Assembly: GCA_050012475.1 (NCBI GenBank)
Contig: JBEKHC010000047.1
Location: 1-37,441, forward strand
Source of the DNA: Candidatus Velthaea sp.
GTDB lineage: Bacteria; Vulcanimicrobiota; Vulcanimicrobiia; Vulcanimicrobiales; Vulcanimicrobiaceae
Reading direction: 5' to 3'
Length of the DNA: 37,441 nt
This document shows, one piece after another, positions 29,400 to 37,441 of the stretch; position 1 is the stretch's first letter; each line of letters begins with the position of its first letter. Made by a program: the position numbers and the translations under genes. The notes below the pieces were generated by a model that was given only the letters and a program-made list of their open reading frames with translations, searched no databases and was not told the DNA's origin.

Positions 29400-30593
29400 T
29401 CAAGCGTTCGCGATGAGTCCGAGCAACACGCCGGCATTGCGCGCCGCGTCGAATTCCGCGCGAATCCGTTCCCGGCTCGCACGCCCGAGCGCCGCTCGCG
29501 CGCCGGCGTCGGTCGCGAGCAGCGTAAGCGCACTTGCGAGAGCATCGGGGCGCCGCTGCTCGACGAGGATGCCGCACGAAGCGTCGACGAGTTCGGAGAT
29601 GCTGCCGGTCCGGGTCGCGACGCAGGGGATGCCGAATGCCATCGCCTCCATCATCGCCACCGGAATTCCCTCATGCAGCGAGCCGCTTTCGATGCTGGGG
29701 TGCGCGACAACATCGATCTCGCCGGATTGAAGTTCGGCCATGACTTGGGCATGGGGGACGAAGCCGCGCAGCGTGACGATCCCCGCGAGATCGCGGCGTT
29801 CGATGGACGCTTGCAGGCGGGCGCGCAGCGGACCTTCGCCGATGATGCTGCAGCTCAGTTTCACGCCGGCAGCGCGGACGCGGGCGATGGCATCGATGAG
29901 ATCGGCATGCCCCTTGACGGGCAAGAGGTTGCCGATCGCCGCGACGTGCAACGGGCGCTGCGCCTGCGGCGGCGACGCGGGCCGGTCGGGGACGTCGACG
30001 CCGAGGTGAAGGACGGTGACGCGATCGCGAAGCTCCGGCGCGATCTGCGCTCGCAAGTCGGACGCACCGCGTTCGGAAATGACGCGCACGAACCGCGCGC
30101 AGGCAAGTTTCTGCGCGATCAGATTGTCGGCGTAGATGTCGAAGCGGTGGGCTGAGATGCTCAAGGCAACCTTTGTCAGCCGAGCCGCGATGAAACCGGC
30201 CGTTGAAGACGTCGTCAACCAGTGCGCATGGATTGCGGTGATGCGCCGGCTAAGCACGTAGTCGGCCAGCGCGAGACCTTTGGCCAGCACCAGCAAATTC
30301 TTCACTTTCGCGGCGGGGCGGTAGCGCGAGAAAAGCAGCGTCCGCGCAATCGCGGCGCACTCGACGGGTTGCCGGCGCAGCGTGCGAAACGCTCCCCCGA
30401 GCACGCTGCGTGACAACGTCCGCATTCCCCAGCACGGTAGACCGGCCGACGCTACCGGCTGCGCGCATTGCGGCCGGAGCGCCGCAATCGTCACGTCGGC
30501 CAGCGCTGCCAATGCCCGCGACTCAGCGCCCAGAAACGCTTCGCTACGCCCGAACGGAAACTGTACGGTGACGTAGAGGATGCGTTCAACCAC
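29400..30593 (-). CDS. Family 4 glycosyltransferase (WcaL-like)
   Basis: IHAHW, SAHRFDIY, IGNLLPVKG, EGIPVAMMEAMA (EX7E); GTG 30593 gives MVERILYV. Confidence 0.9.
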   Translation of the reverse strand: MVERILYVTVQFPFGRSEAFLGAESRALAALADVTIAALRPQCAQPVASAGLPCWGMRTLSRSVLGGAFRTLRRQPVECAAIARTLLFSRYRPAAKVKNLLVLAKGLALADYVLSRRITAIHAHWLTTSSTAGFIAARLTKVALSISAHRFDIYADNLIAQKLACARFVRVISERGASDLRAQIAPELRDRVTVLHLGVDVPDRPASPPQAQRPLHVAAIGNLLPVKGHADLIDAIARVRAAGVKLSCSIIGEGPLRARLQASIERRDLAGIVTLRGFVPHAQVMAELQSGEIDVVAHPSIESGSLHEGIPVAMMEAMAFGIPCVATRTGSISELVDASCGILVEQRRPDALASALTLLATDAGARAALGRASRERIRAEFDAARNAGVLLGLIANA

Positions 30594-30912
30594 GCCGCGA
30601 TTGTGCCGTCCGGGCGCTCGCGACTCCTGGCCGGGCGAAGCAGGATTCAACACCTCCTTTCCCATGTCGGCGCCGAATGGGTGCCATTCGGGGCCGAACG
30701 CGCGGCGCGAAGCTGCCGAACGAGTACGCAAGTACTGCTGCGCTTCCGCGGTTACGCGCCGGACGGTCCGCTCAACCTGTTTCCCGCCGCGTTACCCGCA
30801 CAGAATCGATGAAAACAGCATTACTTTTCGCATGGCGTGTGCCGTTTGTCGCAGTTCGAAGCACGCTTACAAATGGCCGATCACATCATTTCACGTAAGT
30901 TACCAGCGTATC

Positions 30913-31038
30913 GATCGGTGTCCGATCATCTATAATGTGTCGCGTATCGCAAGGGTACGTATGCGATACGCGCAACTACCGAATGATAACTCTGCGTACG
31001 TTCTTCTTTTGCAACACGCCCTATGTTATAAAACATAG
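30913..31038. promoter_or_regulatory. AT-richer divergent promoter region with TATAAT and three inverted repeats
   Basis: GATCGG-tgt-CCGATC 30913-30927; TATAAT 30931-30936; CGCGTATCGCA-N10-TGCGATACGCG 30941-30972; CTATGTT-ataa-AACATAG 31021-31038. Confidence 0.55.
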
Positions 31039-31145
31039 TGTGCTTGGTGTCGCGAAGTTCCGAACTGCATGAGTGCAACTTGAAGCCCGGTTTGCTCTTT
31101 TTGCTGCCGGCCTGGCTTCACGCTATGTTTGGAATCTCTGAACTC

Positions 31146-32729
31146 ATGGATTTTGCGTTGAAGCACTACGTCGCTGCCGCGTTGCTGGCGGTCGTCAGTG
31201 GCTGCTCGTCCGGTGGCGGTACGAGCGCAGCCCTCCCGAGCGCGCAGGGAGCGCCGACGTCGGTGACGTCGCCGTCCCTCGTGTCGTCGGCATTGAGCGT
31301 GGCGGGCGTCGCCGGCGTCAACGGCGTCGCAATCGATGCCGGCGGTTCGGCGACCGGCAACTGGGTCGCCGATGCCGCTTATGCCGGTGGTTGGAGCGGG
31401 GCAACGACTCATGCGATCGACACGAGCCGGGTCACGAACCCCGCACCCCAGGCAGTCTATCAAACGTCTCGGGTCGGGAACTTCATGTATACCGTCACCG
31501 GTCTCTCGCCGTCGACAAACTATACCGTGCGATTGCATTTTAGCGAAACGTTTTGGAACGCCGCCGGCAAGCGCGTCTTCAACGCCACGATCAACGGTCG
31601 CAGCGTTTTGGCCAACTTCGACATCTTCAAAGATAGCGGCGGCGAAAACGTTGCCGACATTCAATCATCGACTCAACCGAGCGACGCCAGCGGTGCGCTC
31701 AAGATCATCTTCAGCACGGTGACGGACAATGCGACGGTCGCGGGCATTGAAGTGCTGCGCGGCAGCGGCTCGACGATCGCGGCGGCGGCACCCACATCCG
31801 CGCCCGCAGCGAGCGCGCCGGCGGCTTCCGGGGGCAGTGTCGCCACCTACGACGGCTGCAACATCGGCGCCGCCGGTGACGCGTACAACGCCGACGTGTC
31901 GGGTGCTGCGGTCGATGCCAACAGCGCGGCGATCATCGCTTCGCAGACGAACGTTGATTCGTCGAATTTTGCCGCGGAGACCTACTTCAACAACGAACGA
32001 ATCAACCTCGACGAAGGTGATTCGGCGGCCAAGTATCCGGTGACGGGAAATCCCAGCTATCATCCGGCGCCGGCCGGCAACTGGCCGTGGGCGAGCGGGT
32101 ATTACATTCAGGCCAACGGAGCGGGAGACGCGCATTCGTTCGTTCTCGATGGCATGAACAAACCCAACGGCTGCCGCGAATACGAAGCGTATAACACGTC
32201 GTTCACGGGTTCGGCAGTGCACTGGTACAACGGCATCATGTGGCCGCTGGGTCAAGCCTATGTCTCGCCGGCGGGCTTGGGTTATCCGAACGCCAGCTCC
32301 ACCCAGGCTTCGGGACTGAGCATGTTCTTCGGACTCGTCAAACTCGATGAGCTCGTGGCGGGCAATCTCCGTCACGCGGTCAACTTCGACGCCAAGGTGG
32401 GCTCGCTCGGAGATTGCTACGTCTCTCCCGCGAGTGTCAGCGCGGCGACGGCGTACCAGGGATCGGGAACCGCGCACGAGATGTGCTTCGGCGCGCACCT
32501 TCGGCTGCACGCGTCGTTCGCGAGTGCGGCCTGCTCGAACAGCGTTCAGGCGTCGCATATCGTCTACGGTCTGATGCACTACGGCGGCTACGAATCAGAC
32601 ACCGGAAACATCGGGAACGGCATTTATCCGGCCGACAGCAACGTCGGCAACAGCTGGGATGCGCTGGGAATCAGCGCGTGCCTGGCGACGATCCATATGA
32701 CCGACTTCGACGTCTTGACACCGGGCTAA
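31146..32729 (+). CDS. Putative lipoprotein with malectin domain and uncharacterised C-terminal domain
   Basis: Lipobox VVSG-C after KHYVAAALLA; malectin motifs AIDAGG, QAVYQTSR, YTVRLHFSE, GKRVFNATING...FDIF, ATVAGIEV; Ala/Ser/Pro linker. Start could be 31125, 31146 or 31158. Confidence 0.82.
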   Translation: MDFALKHYVAAALLAVVSGCSSGGGTSAALPSAQGAPTSVTSPSLVSSALSVAGVAGVNGVAIDAGGSATGNWVADAAYAGGWSGATTHAIDTSRVTNPAPQAVYQTSRVGNFMYTVTGLSPSTNYTVRLHFSETFWNAAGKRVFNATINGRSVLANFDIFKDSGGENVADIQSSTQPSDASGALKIIFSTVTDNATVAGIEVLRGSGSTIAAAAPTSAPAASAPAASGGSVATYDGCNIGAAGDAYNADVSGAAVDANSAAIIASQTNVDSSNFAAETYFNNERINLDEGDSAAKYPVTGNPSYHPAPAGNWPWASGYYIQANGAGDAHSFVLDGMNKPNGCREYEAYNTSFTGSAVHWYNGIMWPLGQAYVSPAGLGYPNASSTQASGLSMFFGLVKLDELVAGNLRHAVNFDAKVGSLGDCYVSPASVSAATAYQGSGTAHEMCFGAHLRLHASFASAACSNSVQASHIVYGLMHYGGYESDTGNIGNGIYPADSNVGNSWDALGISACLATIHMTDFDVLTPG

Positions 32730-33870
32730 CCGACGCACAAGGCGTCGCGCGTAACTCTTCGTAGAGGCGGACGTGGCGGTCCGCTACGCGTTCGATATCG
32801 AAATCCGCGACCACCCGGTGGCGGCCGGCCGTACCGGCCGCTGTCCGCCAGGCCCGGTCGGTAACGGCGACGTCTAGAGCGCCGGCAACGCTTGCGACGG
32901 ACCAATCGGGGATCACGAGGCCGGTGACGCGGTCCTCGACGAAATCCAACGTCCCGATGTGCGGCGTGCCTAGGATCGGGAGGCACGCCGACATGGCTTC
33001 AAGCAGCGATATCGGCGCGGCTTCGACCGTCGCGACCGACAAGAAAACGTCGAGCCCCGGCAGCAGCGCGCGGACGTCGGAACGGAAACCCCAAAAGGTG
33101 ACGTCATCGGCCACCCCGAGCTGGGCGGCGAGTTGGCGCAGCGCCGGTTCTTCGGCTCCGGCTCCAAACAAATCCAGCCGTGCGCGCCGGCGCCGAGGCA
33201 GCCGCGCGAACGCTTCGATAGCGAGCCGCTGATTTTTTTTCGGCTGAAGCGAAGCGACGACGCCGATGACGACGACATCGGGCGACGCTCCCAGCGCCGC
33301 GCGCGCGCGCTGACGCTCGTCGTCGGTCGGAGCCGGCTCGACCTCGATGCCGTTGGGGATGATCTCCAAACGCGAGACCGGTTCGCGCCGGGCGATGAAG
33401 TCGGCGTTGCGCCGCGAGAAGGTGATGAACGCATCCGTAAACGGTGCGAGCATTCGAGCGAAGGGCGCTTCCCAGTGGCCGAGCTCGGGCTGCGGGCTGT
33501 GCTCGGTGTGGACGATGACGTCGACGCCGTTGGCCAGCGCGCAGGCGCGGCCCCAATATTTGCCAGTGAACGTATGCGTATGGACGATGTCCGGCCGAAA
33601 GCGGCGAATCGCAGCGAACGTCCGCGGCCCGAAGCCCACGTCGAAATGGCCGTTCTTGGCGCCTTGAAGCAACGGATACGGCAGCGCCGCGCGCTCCGCT
33701 TCGTTGAGTCCCGAATCATGGCCGGAATAGACGGCGACCTCTAAGCCGCGGCGCGCAAAGCGCGGAAGCAACTCGCGCACGAGCGTTTCAGCTCCGCCGC
33801 CGCGCAGCGTACCGATGACATGCAGCACGCGCAGCGTGCGTTGAGCGGAGTCCGTTGTCGGTCGTATCAT
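32671..33870 (-). CDS. Family 4 glycosyltransferase
   Basis: RVLHVIGTLRGGGAE, PDIVHTH, HTEH, IPNGI, KKNQ, GFRSDV, EAAPISLLEAM; 59-bp convergent overlap with the malectin gene. Confidence 0.9.
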   Translation of the reverse strand: MIRPTTDSAQRTLRVLHVIGTLRGGGAETLVRELLPRFARRGLEVAVYSGHDSGLNEAERAALPYPLLQGAKNGHFDVGFGPRTFAAIRRFRPDIVHTHTFTGKYWGRACALANGVDVIVHTEHSPQPELGHWEAPFARMLAPFTDAFITFSRRNADFIARREPVSRLEIIPNGIEVEPAPTDDERQRARAALGASPDVVVIGVVASLQPKKNQRLAIEAFARLPRRRRARLDLFGAGAEEPALRQLAAQLGVADDVTFWGFRSDVRALLPGLDVFLSVATVEAAPISLLEAMSACLPILGTPHIGTLDFVEDRVTGLVIPDWSVASVAGALDVAVTDRAWRTAAGTAGRHRVVADFDIERVADRHVRLYEELRATPCASVSPVSRRRSRSYGSSPGTR

Positions 33871-34210
33871 CTTGGTCGGAAAAACGCATCCTCGGCGAGT
33901 GTGCCGCTGCAACGCGTCAGCGTGCAAGCGATCGCGTCATGGCCGTTGGGGGCGCTCAGCGTTCTTCCCGGTGCTCGAGGTTGCCTGCGCGGGCGGCGTG
34001 CGGCGCCGCTCGCCGGGGCGAACGCGCGTTGTGGCGGGGCCTGACGCGTTGCGGGCAAGAGACCGGCTTTGCCGCCTGCGGGATCGTGCGGTGTGGATTC
34101 TGTTGCAACGTGCAGCAGGCCGGAGTTGGACGAAAGAGTCGATAGGCGTTAGTTCCAAAGGACCAATCGAAGTGCGGGTGCCCCACGGCGGTGCGGCAAA
34201 TGTCGGGTTA

Positions 34211-35659
34211 ATGGCGCGGACGCATTTTGTCAGGTCGCTGGTGTACACGTTCTTGGTCTTCGCCTGTTTCGCCGCCGTAATGTCGCTTGCGGTGCGTAAG
34301 GTGACGCTTTTCACGCCGCACGGCCAGGTCGTCGACTTTCGCGTCGTTGCCTGCGCGGAACGCGTTGTTTTGCAGCGCGGGGATCCGTACCGGACCGAGC
34401 CGCTGCGATCGTGCGAACATGCGCTGGCGCCGGAGATCAATGAACCGGCTTGGTCGGTTACGCCGTTTGCTTTACCGCCGTACTCCGCGGCACTGCTGCT
34501 GCCGTTCGGGTTGTTCGATTTTTCGACCGGACGGGCCGTCTGGTACGTTCTTTTGGTGCTGGCCCTGTGCGTCGCGTCGGCGGCAACGGCCGAGATCGTC
34601 AACAAGCCCGCGGTCGCTGTCGCGCTCATCATCGTGCCGACGCTCGGGACGATCAATCTTTTTTACGGCGAGACGGTATTGTTGGCGTTCGCCGCGGTCG
34701 CGCTGGCGGCGCTCGCTCTGCAGCGCGGCCGGCCGTTGCTCGCGGCAATCGCCGCCGCCGCAGCGCTCATCGAGCCGGCGGTTGGACTTCCCGCCGTCGT
34801 CGGTCTGTTCACCCTGCGCGCGGATACACGCCGGCCGCTGCTGGTGTGCGGCGCAATTCTCGCCGGGTATGGACTCGTCGTTCTGAACTTCAGGGTCAAC
34901 CTCGAGTATCTGACGGCATTCGTTCCGCTGCACGGGCACTCGGAGATTTTCGCTCGCGATCAGTACAGCCTGACGCGCTTGGCGTACGTGCTGGGGGTTT
35001 CCGAACGTCTTGCCGGTATTCTCGGTTCACTGTCGTATGCCGCCGCCATCGCCGTCGGCGTCGTCACCGGCCGGCGGCTCGCCGAGCAGATGGCGCTGCC
35101 GGCCCTCATCGTGCTCATGCCCGTTGCCGTATCGACGCTGGGTGGCCCGTTCGTGCACGACTACGAAGTGCTGGCCGCGTTGCTCGCGGCGGTCGTCATC
35201 GCGCGTGATTCAACCGTTGCGCGGGTCGCGGTCGCGCTGCTGAGCATCGTCTGGGCCGACCGCTGGCAATCGAATCTCTTGCCCGCGATCGCGGCGGCCG
35301 CGGGCATCGCCTGGATGTATGTGCCGGCGTTGCCGCGTGTTCGCCGGGTGGCCTATACGGTAGCTGTCCCGCTGGCGATCCTGGTCATGAACGTGGGCAT
35401 GCCGAAATCTCCCGCTCACCATGACGGCGTGATCGGAGCGCCCATGCCGCCGATCGCGGACACCGACCTCTCGTCGATCCCCTGGGAGTGGCGCATTCGC
35501 CTCAATCCCCGGGCCACCGACGTCGACGCTGCCAACGAACTGCAGAAGGTGCCGTTCTGGCTCGCGGTCGTGGTTCTGCCGTGGGCCGGGATCAAACGGA
35601 AAAAACCGCTCGAGCAATTCAACGTGAGCAACAAAACCACCAGGCCGGGTCTGGTCTAA
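34211..35659 (+). CDS. GT-C fold membrane glycosyltransferase (GT87/DUF2029-like)
   Basis: Polytopic; VDFRV...GDPY, PFALPPYSAALLLPF, HDY motifs; ATG 34211 preferred over the long upstream extension. Confidence 0.7.
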   Translation: MARTHFVRSLVYTFLVFACFAAVMSLAVRKVTLFTPHGQVVDFRVVACAERVVLQRGDPYRTEPLRSCEHALAPEINEPAWSVTPFALPPYSAALLLPFGLFDFSTGRAVWYVLLVLALCVASAATAEIVNKPAVAVALIIVPTLGTINLFYGETVLLAFAAVALAALALQRGRPLLAAIAAAAALIEPAVGLPAVVGLFTLRADTRRPLLVCGAILAGYGLVVLNFRVNLEYLTAFVPLHGHSEIFARDQYSLTRLAYVLGVSERLAGILGSLSYAAAIAVGVVTGRRLAEQMALPALIVLMPVAVSTLGGPFVHDYEVLAALLAAVVIARDSTVARVAVALLSIVWADRWQSNLLPAIAAAAGIAWMYVPALPRVRRVAYTVAVPLAILVMNVGMPKSPAHHDGVIGAPMPPIADTDLSSIPWEWRIRLNPRATDVDAANELQKVPFWLAVVVLPWAGIKRKKPLEQFNVSNKTTRPGLV

Positions 35660-35933
35660 GGCTCTCGATGTTTTTGCGCACGAATCCCTGGGTCTGTTGG
35701 CCCACTCGGTCTGGACTGTTGCTACTCTTCCTGCGGGCCCGACCCTCGCCTACAACAGTGAGTACGTTGTCCTGCATCGACTTCGCTGAGGCTGCAAGAG
35801 CATCGGCCACGCGCAATTCCCATTGAGCAGGGGCCAAAAAACATGATCGTTTTCCCACTTCTGTGGTTGGGGACGCCGCCGCGGGCCGCGTACCTTCCCG
35901 CGCAGGCGATCGCGCCCGGATGACGCTGAAACG

Positions 35934-37441
35934 ATGATCCGCACGGAACTCCGCAAAGCTCCCAGCGTCGTGGTCCTTCGGACGGCGGCGCGGGCCGTAT
36001 CGTGGCCGGCGATCGTGTCGGTGCTCGTGGCCTTCCTCGGGCTTACGGTCAGTCTGGCATTTCACCTGAGCATCGGGCAGGATGAAGCGTACAGTCTCCA
36101 CACCTCGACCGGCGACCTCGTGTCGGCCCTGCGGCGCGGCGTAACGTACGAGGCGCAGGCTCCGCTCTATTTCGGCATCCTCGAGCTCTGGCGTACGGTC
36201 AGCGACTCGGTATTTTTTGCCCGGCTCCTGTCGATCGCATTTTCATGCGTGACCCTCGGCTTTGCTTGGCAGTTCGCGCGCCGCTACATCCGCGGAATCG
36301 CTGCGGAAACGGTGCTGGCGTTCGTCGCGTTCAATCCGTTTATCATCTGGGCTTCGGTCGAGATCCGTCCCTATTCGGCCGCGGCGGCGTTTGCGACGGC
36401 CTTGCTCTATTATTTCTTTCGCGGCTGGATCGATGACGACGCCGACCTGCAGCCGCGGCTGGCGTTCGTCGCGGTCGCAATCGTCGGTGCGTATACCCAC
36501 TATTACATTGTCGCGCTCGTTGCCGCCGGCGCGGTCGCCGTTGTCGGGTTGGGCCAGCGCCGCAAACTGGTAAGCTATCTCATTGCGTCGGGTGTGATCG
36601 CGGTCGCGCTGGTTCCGATTCTCTTTTTGCTGCCGTTGCAGCTCGAGTCGTACTCGGCGCTATCGAACGCGACGCAGTCGCCGGCCTACTCGATCGTCCT
36701 GGCAATTTTTGAGTTTCTTCTGCCGCATCACATCATCCGAAGCTGGATCCACCGGCCGGCTGCAAACACCGCCTACTTTGTGTGCGCGATTGCGCTGGGA
36801 TTGCTGCTGATCCGGCTGCTGACGTCCGTGAGCAAGGTTGCACGGGCGCTGGTGACAATCGCGATCGGCGTCGCGGCCATGTTCGCCGTCTTGATCGGCG
36901 CCGGTCACATGCCGGTAACGTTCCCGCGCCAAACGGCGGTCTTGTTCGCGCCCACCCTGTTTGCCGCGCTGGCGCTCATTCGTGACGTTCGGCCGACCCG
37001 CCGCCCGCTGATCCTGCAGACGTACGCCGCCGTGTATGCCTTGCTCGTCGTGCTGTCGTTCTGGTCCGACTATCACGACGTCTCGAAATCGGGCGATTGG
37101 CGCCGGGTGGGGCGGCTTCTCAGTACCGTCGTCGCGCCCAACGATGCGATCGCGGTTTTCGATACGGAACTGTCACTGCCGCTGGGGTACTACTTCAACT
37201 CACATCCCTTGACGCCCATTCCGCGGCCGCTGACGTTCGACCGCTTCGATGAGGATCTGTTCGTGATCCACAATCGCAACGAGGTCGTCCAGAGTCTCGG
37301 GCGCCTGCGCCGCGATCATACGCGCGTTTGGCTCGTCATGAACGATCTGTGCGCCTCGCTGCCCCAATTTTACGGCTGTCCGTATCTCGACGCCTACATC
37401 GGCGAACACTTTCGGATCGTCAAGACGTACAAATTCAATCG
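35934..37441 (+). CDS. GT-C fold glycosyltransferase (GT39/PMT-ArnT-like), 3'-truncated
   Basis: Manual translation from ATG 35934: first TM then SIGQDEAYS (DE motif), QAPLYF, ARLLS, EIRPYS, YTHYY. Spot checks show the frame open to the window end; absent from the ORF track. Confidence 0.82.
   Translation, partial: MIRTELRKAPSVVVLRTAARAVSWPAIVSVLVAFLGLTVSLAFHLSIGQDEAYSLHTSTGDLVSALRRGVTYEAQAPLYFGILELWRTVSDSVFFARLLSIAFSCVTLGFAWQFARRYIRGIAAETVLAFVAFNPFIIWASVEIRPYSAAAAFATALLYYFFRGWIDDDADLQPRLAFVAVAIVGAYTHYYIVALVAAGAVAVVGLGQRRKLVSYLIASGVIAVALVPILFLLPLQLESYSALSNATQSPAYSIVLAIFEFLLPHHIIRSWIHRPAANTAYFVCAIALGLLLIRLLTSVSKVARALVTIAIGVAAMFAVLIGAGHMPVTFPRQTAVLFAPTLFAALALIRDVRPTRRPLILQTYAAVYALLVVLSFWSDYHDVSKSGDWRRVGRLLSTVVAPNDAIAVFDTELSLPLGYYFNSHPLTPIPRPLTFDRFDEDLFVIHNRNEVVQSLGRLRRDHTRVWLVMNDLCASLPQFYGCPYLDAYIGEHFRIVKTYKFN

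Overview
GC-rich bacterial chromosomal window with three parts. (1) 1-6 kb, stress/energy genes: a two-domain KaiC running off the left edge (absent from the ORF track), a KatX-like heme catalase, a DoxX-type membrane protein and a K+-independent H+-pyrophosphatase. (2) 6.2-15.1 kb, a co-oriented run: geranylgeranyl-reductase-family flavoprotein, orphan dppB-like permease, cheR, cheB, fliA, a small hypothetical, a FliK-like protein, a stand-alone FlhB C-terminal-domain protein and ftsY. (3) 15.2-37.4 kb, a Wzx/Wzy-type polysaccharide/glycosylation locus: UDP-sugar dehydrogenase, two Gfo/Idh/MocA oxidoreductases, two paralogous priming transferases, two paralogous LuxR regulators, a Wzy/WaaL-type protein, Wzc, Wzx, two GT4s, a malectin lipoprotein, GT87 and a GT39-like protein running off the right edge. 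The most unusual signals are: both LuxR regulators lack the phospho-acceptor Asp but share conserved Cys/His; Wzc lacks a Tyr cluster; a sigma28-like promoter precedes the sugar dehydrogenase; several glycan genes look leaderless; and a co-varying REP-like hairpin family sits at gene 3' ends. The gene mix would fit a Terrabacteria lineage such as Ca. Eremiobacterota, but that is inference only. No rRNA, tRNA, CRISPR or transposase was seen. All calls come from motif recognition, not database searches.
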